Assembly (NCBI GenBank): GCA_963719235.1
Contig: CAVRBS010000014.1
Coordinates: forward strand, 64,688 to 128,687
Length of the DNA: 64,000 nt
From: an uncultured Bacteroidales bacterium
GTDB taxonomy: Bacteria; Bacteroidota; Bacteroidia; Bacteroidales; VadinHA17
Direction of reading: 5' to 3'
Position numbers and translations under genes: made by a program. The notes beneath the pieces are model-generated. The model saw nothing but the letters and a program-made list of their open reading frames with translations, had not been told where the DNA came from and made no database searches. This document shows positions 31,822 to 41,744 of this stretch, piece by piece. Every line of letters starts with the position of its first letter. Position 1 is the stretch's first letter.

Positions 31822-33153
31822 ATGAAGAAAGCATTATATATAATTGGCATACTTGCCCTCCTGACCGGATGTGAGGTTTTAAATCTTGAATCTGAAGATG
31901 CCATTCCTGCAGATGAGGCATTTAAGGATAAGACCGGTATTGAAAAAGGGATATTGGGCAGTTATTCGTCGCTTCAGTACCTTAGTTATTATGGCAGGAA
32001 TTGCCTTATTTATTCTGACCTTGCCGCTGATGACCTGTCACACCCCACAGATGCCACCAACTCCGACTGTGCTGAGGTTGACAACAACGCCATGCTTGCA
32101 GAAAACTCTGCCGTGAGCGGACTCTGGGCTTCTGCTTACGACGGAATAAACGTTGCCAACAATGTGATCGTCAAGGTACCCGGAATGACTGACATGACAG
32201 AAACTGAAAAAAATGAAGCACTCGGTGAGCTTTATTTTCTCCGCGGCCTGGGCCATTTTAATCTCCTGAACTATTTTGGTGCTATCCCGATCAAAATCGA
32301 ACCCACGGTTGGGGTCAGCAATCTTGACGCAGGACGTGATCCGGTGAACGAGGTGTATGCTCAGATCAAATCTGATCTTACTCTTGCTTCCAAATACCTC
32401 GATGCTTCCGCATCAACAAAGACCAGGGCATCGAAATATGCCGCCATTGCCTTGCTTGCAAGAGTATGTCTCTATTCCGGTGATTATGAAATGGCCTGGC
32501 AGAAAGCTGACAGTGTGATAAAATACGGCGGTTATACTATGCCTGTTAATTACGCAGATGTATTTGCATCTGACGGATCGGCAGAAACAATATTCGAGAT
32601 TGATTTTAACGAGCTGGACCGGAACAGAATTGCCGAGTATAATTTCCCGAAAACGCTGAACGGAAGAAGGGAAGTCCAACCTGATCCTGGTATTATCAGC
32701 GCCTATGAGGCAGACGACGAGCGGAAAGCAGTCTCGATAGCTTATGACGGTGCGCTGGCATATGCCAACAAATACAATGACCTGAGCAAAGGAGCCGATA
32801 ATGTCATTATTCTTCGCCTGGCAGAGATGTACCTGATCAGGGCAGAGGCTGAAGCCAACCTGACCGGAGGAAACATCTCCTCAGTAAAAGCGGATATAAA
32901 CACAATAAGGGCCAGGGCAGATCTTGGTCCGACTTCCGCGAATACAGCAGGTGAATTGCTGCTGGCCATTGAGCAGGAAAGAAGGGTGGAGTTTGCCTTT
33001 GAGGGGCATCGATGGTTCGACCTGGTAAGAACAGGAAGGGCAATAGACGTTCTGCCTAATGTAACCAAATCCAATCAGACCCTATTCCCCATCCCCGCCG
33101 ATGAGATACTGACAAATAAAAGTCCTGAAATGATACAAAATCCTGGATATTAA
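31822..33153 (+). CDS. SusD/RagB-family outer-membrane lipoprotein
   Basis: It starts 3 nt after SusC. It has the lipobox LLTGC and the SusD profile: YFLRGLGHFNLLNYFG, RLAEMYLIRAEA, ERRVEFAFEGHRWFDLVR, FPIP. Confidence 0.9.
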   Translation: MKKALYIIGILALLTGCEVLNLESEDAIPADEAFKDKTGIEKGILGSYSSLQYLSYYGRNCLIYSDLAADDLSHPTDATNSDCAEVDNNAMLAENSAVSGLWASAYDGINVANNVIVKVPGMTDMTETEKNEALGELYFLRGLGHFNLLNYFGAIPIKIEPTVGVSNLDAGRDPVNEVYAQIKSDLTLASKYLDASASTKTRASKYAAIALLARVCLYSGDYEMAWQKADSVIKYGGYTMPVNYADVFASDGSAETIFEIDFNELDRNRIAEYNFPKTLNGRREVQPDPGIISAYEADDERKAVSIAYDGALAYANKYNDLSKGADNVIILRLAEMYLIRAEAEANLTGGNISSVKADINTIRARADLGPTSANTAGELLLAIEQERRVEFAFEGHRWFDLVRTGRAIDVLPNVTKSNQTLFPIPADEILTNKSPEMIQNPGY

Positions 33154-33183
33154 TTTTATAATAATTAACTAAACTACTACACA

Positions 33184-34047
33184 ATGAAAGCTACAAAACT
33201 TCTTTTACTGCTTGCTGCTGTTGCATTAACCTTTATGGTTTCATGCAAGGATGATGAAGAACCTGAGGTAATTCCATCGCTTTACTTCATGGATGCAAGC
33301 GATGAGATCATGGGAAAAATAGTACTCGACGGTACCAATACCTTAACAACTGTAAAAGACCTGGCAGAAATGTCAGGACCCGGCATTGCCTATGACGATG
33401 AAACCAAAAAGATCTATTTCAGTGATTATTATGATGCAGACACGCCAGATGGCAAAATATGGAGAATGAAACTGGACGGTACCGGACTTGAATCTATCGT
33501 CACCGGTATTCTTGATCCCTATGGTATTGCTATAGATCATGACAATAATAAGGTCTACTGGGCTGATGATGCCGAACATATTTCGAGGGCAAACCTCGAT
33601 GGCTCAAGCCTTGAGACTGGAATAGTGACCATCACTGACGCATACATGAGGGCAGTGGCCATTGACGAGAAGAACGACAAAATGTACTTTTATGAGGACT
33701 GGTATGAGAATTTGTATGTCGCCAACCTTGACGGTTCAAATCCTACGATTCTGATCTCAGGTGTATACGGATATTCAATATTCATAGACACAGAGAACAG
33801 TAAGATTTACTTTGACGATCAGAATACTCCGGCACTGAGAATGGCCAATCTGGACGGTTCCGGCATTGTGAATATTGCTGACGTTGATGACCGCGTCTCT
33901 GGCATTGACATTGATTATGACAAAAATAAATTGTACTGGTCCGACAGGGGTCTGGGAGAGATTTACGAAGCTAACCTTAACGGTACAGGTAAGGTTACGA
34001 TTGCTACAGGGCTCTCAAGCCCGAGGGGTATAACCCTGGTCAAATAA
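33184..34047 (+). CDS. Lipoprotein with YWTD (LDL-receptor class B-like) beta-propeller
   Basis: It has the lipobox FMVSC and five to six blades of the pattern KIYFSD / KVYWAD / KMYFYE / KIYFDD / KLYWSD, each followed by (M/A)NLDGS. Confidence 0.7.
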   Translation: MKATKLLLLLAAVALTFMVSCKDDEEPEVIPSLYFMDASDEIMGKIVLDGTNTLTTVKDLAEMSGPGIAYDDETKKIYFSDYYDADTPDGKIWRMKLDGTGLESIVTGILDPYGIAIDHDNNKVYWADDAEHISRANLDGSSLETGIVTITDAYMRAVAIDEKNDKMYFYEDWYENLYVANLDGSNPTILISGVYGYSIFIDTENSKIYFDDQNTPALRMANLDGSGIVNIADVDDRVSGIDIDYDKNKLYWSDRGLGEIYEANLNGTGKVTIATGLSSPRGITLVK

Positions 34048-34062
34048 AAAGACAGGCAGCTT

Positions 34063-34091
34063 CTTGCGGACCGGCGTTGCCGGTCCGCAAG
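34063..34091 (+). terminator. Perfect 13-bp stem / 3-nt loop hairpin inside the operon (attenuator or RNA-stability element; no T-tract)
   Basis: cttgcggaccggc (34063-34075), gtt, gccggtccgcaag (34079-34091) are exact reverse complements. It lies 16 nt after the stop of 33184..34047. Confidence 0.4.
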
Positions 34092-34171
34092 GCTTGCCTG
34101 ACTGTAATACTGACTAAAGTGTCGACCGGTCAGACTGCAACAGGCAGCCTGATCTAATAAAAACAGAAAAT

Positions 34172-35318
34172 ATGAAAATGAAGCTTGTTAGTCGGATTGT
34201 TATCGTGCTGTCACTTCCTTTAATGTTCAACAGCTGCAAGGACGAGGGATTTCCCGTGCCCCCCGCGAGTACAGTCCCCCGCTTTTCCTACACGGTTGAC
34301 AACAACGGATTTGCTCCGGCCACAGTTGAGTTTACCAATGAGTTCTATCGTTCCTGAGGAAGCAGGGAACCCATATTATTTCTGGGATTTCGGTGACGGG
34401 ACAAAGTCCACCGAGGTGAGCCCGGAACATCTGTACTCAGCACCGGGCGTCTTTGCAGCCTCCCTGGTAATCAAGACTGATGTTTCGCTGGAGATAAAGG
34501 AGCTTGCAAAAGACATTGTCATACTTAATTCAGAAGCAACGGGGATACCTGTTTTCTTTACAGACGGAAGCCAGGTTTATACCGGATTTCTGAATGACGA
34601 TAAACCGGTATTTTCTGCACTGCCCATCGGTCCTTTCCAGGATTCGTATGACCTGGCTGTCGATACGGTAAACTCAAAACTGTACATCAGTGATTACGAT
34701 GCAAGCGCAATTTACCGCTGCGATCTTGACGGTAGCAACCTGTCCGAATTCAGGACCGGCCTGCCAGGACCGGACGGCCTTGCAATCGATTATGCCGGAA
34801 ACAGACTTTACTGGGATACGGATGATGGTATCCAGAGGGCAGATATTTCGAATTCTGATGTTAACCAGAAAGAGGATTTCGTTATTGGACAGGGCGACGG
34901 TGACCCTGAAGGGGTGTCGATCGACCCTGTGCACAGCAAGCTTTACTGGATCAATTATAATGGTGGTCTATGGACAAAGAATCTCGACGGGACAGGTGAA
35001 ATTGAAATTATACCTCTTGTTGAAGGAGGGAGTACCCTGATCATTGGTAACCGGGTTTATTTTGACCAGTGGGTGGCTTCGGGAGATATCCATCTTAAAT
35101 CAGCGAATCTCGATGGAACAGCTATCAGCACACTTACTACAGGGATCAGCCGTGTGGTATTTGGTATCGGATACGAATCGGAATATAATAAGATCTATTG
35201 GGGCGACCGCACTCCGGGCAAGATCATGAGAGGCAACACTGACGGATCAGGCATCGAGACATGGTACGAAAAATCCGGATCAAGCCCGCGCGGAATAGAG
35301 TTTGGCAAGAAGAAATAA
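34172..35318 (+). CDS. Lipoprotein with PKD domain and YWTD beta-propeller, frameshifted at 34340-34346
   Basis: ORF 34172..34357 (lipobox MFNSC; ...APATVEFTNE) and ORF 34296..35318 (SIVPEEAGNPYYFWDFGDGTKS...HLYSAPGVF, then KLYISD / RLYWDT / KLYWIN / KIYWGD blades) join into one PKD-propeller protein. Confidence 0.7.
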
Positions 35319-35330
35319 ATAAGGAACTGT

Positions 35331-36179
35331 ATGTTAAAACCAATAGCTGTACGCATGATGCTGGTGATGGCATTATGCGCTGTATGTCTTTCGTGCCAGA
35401 GCAATACCGTAAAAGAAGGAAAACTGTTCATACTCGGAGGAGGAAACCTCTCCTCCTCCATCATTGAAAAAATAATAGCAGAATCAGGACTTGACAAAGG
35501 GGGATACGGAGTTATCCTCCCGATGTCAAGTGAAGAGCCCGATACGGCTGTTTTTTATACGACGGCCTATTTCACCAGTCAGGGGCTCGACAATGTCTAT
35601 GGCCTGCATTTTGTCAAGGGGAAGCCCTATTCACAAGCCCGGATTGATTCTATCCGTAATGCAAGCATGGTCTTTATATCGGGAGGCGATCAGAGCCGCT
35701 TCATGGATGCAATTGAGGGCACTCCCATCAAGGCTGCCATTCACGAGGCTTATGACAGGGGAAATGTGGTATGCGGGACCAGCGCAGGGGCAGCCCTGAT
35801 GAGCAAAACAATGATCACCGGGAATGAGCTGAAACATCCCGAGGCTGAAACTGTGTTCACTACCATGGAAGCAGAAAATGTGGAAACCATTGAAGGGCTC
35901 GGGATGCTGGAAAAGGTGATCATAGATCAGCATTTCATTATCCGGAAACGTCTGAACAGATCCGTCTGTGCTTGCATCGAGCACCCTGAATACATGATCG
36001 TGGGCATAGATGAGCCGGCGGGTATTTTTGTGGAAGGTAACACAGCTACCGTTCTTGATGCCCAGGTGGTGGTGCTTCAAAATCCGTCAGACCCAAAAAC
36101 CGAAAACGGTTTGCTGGGAGCCCGGAAAATACAACTGGATGTTTACCTGCCGGGAGAGAGTTTCCAGATAAAAAAATGA
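35331..36179 (+). CDS. cphE: Cyanophycinase (peptidase S51), lipoprotein/exported form
   Basis: It has the lipobox CLSC and LFILGGGN, FISGGDQSRF, VVCGTSAGAALMS (catalytic Ser) and IIDQHFIIRKRLNR, the cyanophycinase signature set. Confidence 0.85.
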   Translation: MLKPIAVRMMLVMALCAVCLSCQSNTVKEGKLFILGGGNLSSSIIEKIIAESGLDKGGYGVILPMSSEEPDTAVFYTTAYFTSQGLDNVYGLHFVKGKPYSQARIDSIRNASMVFISGGDQSRFMDAIEGTPIKAAIHEAYDRGNVVCGTSAGAALMSKTMITGNELKHPEAETVFTTMEAENVETIEGLGMLEKVIIDQHFIIRKRLNRSVCACIEHPEYMIVGIDEPAGIFVEGNTATVLDAQVVVLQNPSDPKTENGLLGARKIQLDVYLPGESFQIKK

Positions 36180-36190
36180 GGGATTGGTAA

Positions 36191-37796
36191 ATGACTAAAA
36201 AGCGACAGATCCCCCATACTTTTGTCCTTGTCTTCTCTATAATTGTATTAGCTGCCGCTGCCAGCTGGTTTGTCGATGGAGGTGAATATTCCAGGACAAT
36301 TAAAGTAATGCCTGACGGCACTACCAGGAATGTTATTGACCCCGGCTCATTTCAAAACGTCGAAAACAATCCTCAGACCTGGCAGATCTTTTCTGCCCTG
36401 TTCGAGGGGTTTGTATCCAAATCTGATATAATTGTGTTCATCCTGCTTATCGGGGGTGCATTCTGGATCATGAATGAAAGCAAGGCAATAGACGTTTCAA
36501 TTATTGCTTTTCTGGGTGTTGCCCGGCGACTGGAGAGATTTAAGTTCATAAAATGGATAGGCATAGACAATATCATCATTGCCCTCTTTATGATCATCTT
36601 CAGCATTTTCGGATCAGTGTTCGGGATGTCGGAAGAGACCATCGCATTTATAATCATCTTCGTACCGCTTTCGATAAGCATGGGATATGATTCCATCGTG
36701 GGAATATGCATGTGCTTTTTTGCTGCCGGGCTGGGGTTTGCAGGCGCAACCCTGAATCCCTTTACCATTGGCATTGCGCAGGGATTATCTGACCTGCCCC
36801 TCTTTTCCGGCCTGGAATACCGCATATTTGTGCTGGTTTGTGCTCACTGTAACCGGCATTGCCTATGTATTATGGTATGCGCGGAAGATCAAACGGGATC
36901 CGAAGAAATCGGTAATGTATGAGCTTGACGATGTATGGCGTAAAATGGTTCTTCAAAGGGAAACAAAGACGGAATACAGGACACCTGTCTCTGCCTGGGT
37001 TGTTTACGCTGTCCTCTTTGCCGTAATGGTTGTCTATTCATTTTTGTATCCTGTTTCGACTATAAATTTCGGACAGGCAGAAATGACAATACCGGTCATT
37101 CCGGTTATTGCCGGGTTGTTCTTAATATCAGGATTTGTATCGCTCCGTAAATCAGTACATTTCTTTATCCTTGATATTTTCATTTTCACCATCCTGTTTC
37201 TCCTGGTGGGGGTTATGGGCTATCACTGGTATGTGATGGAAATAGCGACCCTGTTTTTCGTAATGGGGCTTTCAAGCGGGGCGGCGATGGGCTATTCTCC
37301 GAACAAAATCACGGAGTTGTTCATTGCAGGAGTAAAGGATATTCTTTCTGCTGCCCTCGTGGTGGGCCTGGCCGGAGGAATAATAGTCGTCCTGCAGAAC
37401 GGCAAGGTCATTGATGCAATGCTGCACGGCATTGCAGGGTCAATGAGTGATGTCGGTAAATTTGGATCCCTCAGTATCATGTACGGGATCCAGACTCTGA
37501 TCAACCTGGTAATGACATCCGGATCAGCAAAAGCTGCACTGACAATGCCTATCATGGCACCCTTCTCAGACCTGATAGACGTTTCACGGCAGGCAACAGT
37601 AGTGGCATACCAGCTGGGCGACGGTATTACAAACATGATCACTCCCACCTCTGCTGTGCTGGTCGGGGTGCTGGGCGTTGCGAAAATCCCTTACGAAAAA
37701 TGGTTCAGGTGGGCATGGCCCCTGATACTGTTTCTAATGATCCTTGGCCTTCTTCTGCTCCTCCCGACAGCAACAATGGATCTTAACGGATTCTAA
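36191..37796 (+). CDS. YfcC-family (DcuC-like) membrane permease, frameshifted at about 36826-36836
   Basis: ORF 36191..36922 (MTKKRQIPHTFVLVFSIIVLAAAASWFV...) and ORF 36768..37796 (...WFVLTVTGIAYVLWYARKIKRDPKKS...) are halves of one roughly 530-aa permease. Confidence 0.8.
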
Positions 37797-37823
37797 CTGT
37801 TCTTTCATTACAAAAAACTTATT

Positions 37824-38993
37824 ATGAATATGTTGCTCATTAAAAATATTGAAGTGTACAGCCCCGGATTTCTGGGCAAAAAAGATATCCTGATTGCTGG
37901 CGAAAGAATAATCGCCGTTGAAGATGAGATCGATGTCAGGTCTCTGAAAAACATCGGGATCATCATCATTGACGGTAAGGGTAAAAGAGTGATACCGGGG
38001 CTTATCGATGCCCATGTACATATTGCAGGTGCCGGAGGCGAGGGCGGACCGGCAACCCGGACGCCGGAGATGCAGCTGTCACAGATGCTTGACGGAGGTA
38101 TTACAACTGTTGCAGGCTGCCTGGGGACAGACGGGTTCACAAGATCGCTGGAAGCAGTTTTAATGAAGGTCAAGTCATTGAAAGCCCAGGGGGTATCAGC
38201 TTATATGTATACCGGATCATACCAGGTTCCAACCCCGACCCTGCTGGGTGATGTGGGAAGGGATATCGCCCTGATAGAAGAGGTGATAGGCGTCGGAGAA
38301 ATAGCCATCTCCGATCACAGAAGCTCCTGTCCGACCACCAGTGAACTTATTCGTCTCGTTGAACATGCCAGGGTGGGCGGCATGCTCGGAGGAAAAGCAG
38401 GAATTGCCAATATCCATATGGGTGACGCCAGGGATCCGTTCCGGCCAATATATGATGCCGTTGCAAACAGTGAACTGAAACTGACACAGTTTTATCCAAC
38501 CCACTGTAACAGGAACCCCTATATTTTTGAAGACGCAAAAGTGTACGGAAAGAAAGGATATGTGGACCTTACAGCCAGCTCATACCCATATGATCCTGAC
38601 AATGAGATAAAACCCTCCAAAGCCATTGTTGAACTGATGGCCGGGGGAGTACCGCTGGAACATATCACCATGACATCCGACGGAAACGGATCGCTGCCTA
38701 ACTTCGACAAGGACGGCAAGCTGATAAGCATGGATATGGGATTGCCGAAATCGATCTTCTCAGTGATGATTGATGCGGTAATACAGGAGAACCTGCCACT
38801 GGAAAAAGCGGTGAAGGTAGTGACCTCAAATGTGGCTTCCATACTTAAGCTCAAAGATAAGGGAAGCATAGAGCCCGGGAAAGATGCTGATATCGTTATT
38901 CTAGATAAGGATTATACAATCTCAGATCTTATTGCCCGCGGACAGCTGATGACCCACAATTACCAACGAATGAAAAAAGGGACTTACGAATAG
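37824..38993 (+). CDS. iadA: Isoaspartyl (beta-aspartyl) dipeptidase
   Basis: It is colinear with E. coli IadA as I recall it: PGLIDAHVHIAGAGGEGGPATRTPE, GTDGFTRS, ISDHRSS, HMGD, THCNRN, TSDGNGSLP, GKDADIVILD, ARGQLM, KKGTYE. Confidence 0.85.
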   Translation: MNMLLIKNIEVYSPGFLGKKDILIAGERIIAVEDEIDVRSLKNIGIIIIDGKGKRVIPGLIDAHVHIAGAGGEGGPATRTPEMQLSQMLDGGITTVAGCLGTDGFTRSLEAVLMKVKSLKAQGVSAYMYTGSYQVPTPTLLGDVGRDIALIEEVIGVGEIAISDHRSSCPTTSELIRLVEHARVGGMLGGKAGIANIHMGDARDPFRPIYDAVANSELKLTQFYPTHCNRNPYIFEDAKVYGKKGYVDLTASSYPYDPDNEIKPSKAIVELMAGGVPLEHITMTSDGNGSLPNFDKDGKLISMDMGLPKSIFSVMIDAVIQENLPLEKAVKVVTSNVASILKLKDKGSIEPGKDADIVILDKDYTISDLIARGQLMTHNYQRMKKGTYE

Positions 38994-39020
38994 TCATGGA
39001 TCTGATTCTATAAGAATAAA

Positions 39021-40517
39021 ATGAAAAGGCTTTTCTTCTTCTTTCTGCTTGGCTGTTTTTCCGCCGTATCAGCCCAGGATTTTCAAACACCGTTACAGAA
39101 AAACGGTTTTACCAGGCCTTCTTCCTATGAAGAGCTGAGCGATTTTGTGAAACAGATGGACGCAAGTTCCTCCATGCTCACAGTTGAGACAGCAGGGCAA
39201 TCGGTGCGGGGAAGGAACATATATGCAATGAAGTTCTCCTCCTCGGTTTTCGGAGAAGATAAGTCAAAGATCAGAGTGCTTGTTTTTGCACAGCAACACG
39301 GGAACGAACAGTCAGGAAAGGATGGAGCCTTACTGCTTACGCTGGAGCTGTTAAAACCGGAGAACAGATACCTTCTTGACCGTATTGACCTTCTGCTGGT
39401 GCCCCTGGTGAATCCTGACGGATCAGAAGAAAACAAACGACGGAACGGAAATGATGCTGATCTTAACCGTAATCATTTGATTCTTACCGAGCCTGAAACC
39501 ATTACCCTGCATCGTCTCTTCGATCAGTATCTTTTCGATGTTACCATGGATGTACATGAATACTTCCCATACGGTGAGACATGGAAAAAATACGGTTACC
39601 GCAATAAATCAGACGAATTACTTGGAACTGCATCAAACATCAACGTTTCAGAAAAACTAAGAGAATTATCAAATGAAAGTTTTCTTCCCTTTATGAAAGA
39701 ATTCTTTGATGAGAGGAATGTCTCCAGTTTTATTTACTGCCCCGGAGGACCACCGGAGACAGAGTATATAAGGCACAGCACATTTGATATCAATGATGGA
39801 AGACAGAGCTTCGCAATCCTGAATACATTTTCATTTATTCAGGAAGGGCTGAACGGTCAGGATGCTTTTACCGATAATATAAAGCACCGGGCTGAAGGTC
39901 AGATGACAGGGATGAAGGGATTGTTAGAGTATGCCTATAAAAATTGCCAGACAATTAAAAAAACTGTCGCCGGTGAAAGGAAGAAGTTGATTCGCGGCAC
40001 GGCAGGAAAAACCGTCTCGATACAGAATGAGCATGTGAGAAACGGCCGGACACTGGAGCTGCCCTTGTATTCCTATTACTCAAATACTGATACAGTAGTG
40101 ACAGTGATTGATTACAGGCCTGTCGTCAGGTCACTTTATGATGTTGAAAAACCTTGCGGTTACCTGATCCCAAAAGAGCTGAACGATGTTACCGGCTGGG
40201 CTGAAAGACATGCTCTCGTGACAGAAAGCTTTACCGGCGGTGACCGGTATAGAATAGAACAGTATGAGATTTCCGCAATTGATTCTATCGACTTCGAGGG
40301 AGATATAATTGTTAATCCGGAGGTGACTTCGCATGACCAGGATGTCAGAATCAATTTCAGCGATTATGTCTATGTTCCCACTTCCCAGTTAAAAGGGAAT
40401 ATGATTGTCATTGCCCTTGAGCCAAAGTCGATGCTGGGTCTGGTGACATATCCGGGATTTGCTCATTTGCTAAGGTCAGGAGAAGAATTTCCGATACTCC
40501 GGGTGAGCAAGAAGTAG
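39021..40517 (+). CDS. M14-family zinc carboxypeptidase, secreted
   Basis: It has a signal peptide, the zinc ligand region FAQQHGNEQSG, and NPDGSEE...DLNRNH. Confidence 0.75.
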   Translation: MKRLFFFFLLGCFSAVSAQDFQTPLQKNGFTRPSSYEELSDFVKQMDASSSMLTVETAGQSVRGRNIYAMKFSSSVFGEDKSKIRVLVFAQQHGNEQSGKDGALLLTLELLKPENRYLLDRIDLLLVPLVNPDGSEENKRRNGNDADLNRNHLILTEPETITLHRLFDQYLFDVTMDVHEYFPYGETWKKYGYRNKSDELLGTASNINVSEKLRELSNESFLPFMKEFFDERNVSSFIYCPGGPPETEYIRHSTFDINDGRQSFAILNTFSFIQEGLNGQDAFTDNIKHRAEGQMTGMKGLLEYAYKNCQTIKKTVAGERKKLIRGTAGKTVSIQNEHVRNGRTLELPLYSYYSNTDTVVTVIDYRPVVRSLYDVEKPCGYLIPKELNDVTGWAERHALVTESFTGGDRYRIEQYEISAIDSIDFEGDIIVNPEVTSHDQDVRINFSDYVYVPTSQLKGNMIVIALEPKSMLGLVTYPGFAHLLRSGEEFPILRVSKK

Positions 40518-40562
40518 ATTGAATATTATCATCGTTATTATTTAAAGCTAAACATACTCAAA

Positions 40563-41672
40563 ATGCGTATCACACAGGTAGAACTAAGGCACATTAAGAT
40601 GGTACTGGTAAGCCCATTTGTTACATCAATGGGAACAGAATATGATGAGGAGCACATTATTGTGCGAGTTGATGGCGGAGATATAACTGGCTGGGGTGAA
40701 AGCGTTGCTGAAGGAACCCCTTTCTATTCGTATGAAACGGTGCAAACCGCCTGGCATATTCTCCGCGATTTTTTAATCCCCGCAATCCTCGGAAAAGATC
40801 TGTCAGGAATTGATGAAGCAATCGCCTCATATTCAATTGTGAGAGGTCACATGATGGCAAAAGCCGGACTGGAGGCAGCCCTGTGGGATGCATTTGCCAG
40901 GTCGAAGAACATGTCGCTTTCAAAGATGCTGGGCGGGGTGAGAGACAAGGTGGATGTAGGTGTGAGCATAGGTATACAGCCATCAGAGAAAGATCTGATC
41001 CATAAGGTGGAAGGATACCTTGCAGAAGGATATAAGAGGATCAAGATCAAAATTGCACCAGGAAATGACATTCAGTATGTCAGGGCGCTTCGCAAAGAGT
41101 TTCCCCGGCTGCTCCTTCAGGTGGATGCAAACTCAGCTTATACCCTCAATGACATTGCCCTGTTTAAAAAACTGGATGAATATAACCTTTCGCTGATCGA
41201 GCAGCCTCTTGGATACGAAGATATTTTTGACCATTCAAAACTTCAGCGCGAAATAAAAACTCCAATTTGCCTTGATGAAAGCATTCATTCCCTCGATGAC
41301 ACACGTGCAGCAATTGAATTAGAAAGCTGCAGGATAATAAACATCAAACCCGGGCGGGTAGGTGGATTTACTGAATCAAAACTAATTCACGATTACTGTG
41401 CTTCGATGAAAATACCTGTGTGGCATGGAGGCATGCTGGAGTCGGGTATCGGACGGGCAGGGAATGTTGCCCTGGCCTCCCTTCCTAATTTTACGCTTCC
41501 CGGGGATATTTCTGCCAGCAAACGTTACTATAAGGAAGATATCGTAATACCTGAGTTCGTGGTGAACAAGGACGGAACAATGGATGTTCCGGTGAAACCT
41601 GGCATTGGCGTTGAAGTAGACATGAAAATGCTGGCAAAAGTGACGGTGAGAAAAGAAGTATTCAAATTATAA
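40563..41672 (+). CDS. Enolase-superfamily enzyme (o-succinylbenzoate synthase / N-acylamino-acid racemase / dipeptide epimerase subgroup)
   Basis: It has the KxK motif (KRIKIKI), the metal ligands QVDAN, LIEQP and CLDES, and the second catalytic Lys in NIKPGRVGG. Confidence 0.8.
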   Translation: MRITQVELRHIKMVLVSPFVTSMGTEYDEEHIIVRVDGGDITGWGESVAEGTPFYSYETVQTAWHILRDFLIPAILGKDLSGIDEAIASYSIVRGHMMAKAGLEAALWDAFARSKNMSLSKMLGGVRDKVDVGVSIGIQPSEKDLIHKVEGYLAEGYKRIKIKIAPGNDIQYVRALRKEFPRLLLQVDANSAYTLNDIALFKKLDEYNLSLIEQPLGYEDIFDHSKLQREIKTPICLDESIHSLDDTRAAIELESCRIINIKPGRVGGFTESKLIHDYCASMKIPVWHGGMLESGIGRAGNVALASLPNFTLPGDISASKRYYKEDIVIPEFVVNKDGTMDVPVKPGIGVEVDMKMLAKVTVRKEVFKL

Positions 41673-41744
41673 GTTACCGGTTATTTCCGTTCCGTCTACT
41701 TGTTTAATTCGCTCAGTTCCAGACCGTAGTCGTATTGCAGGTCT

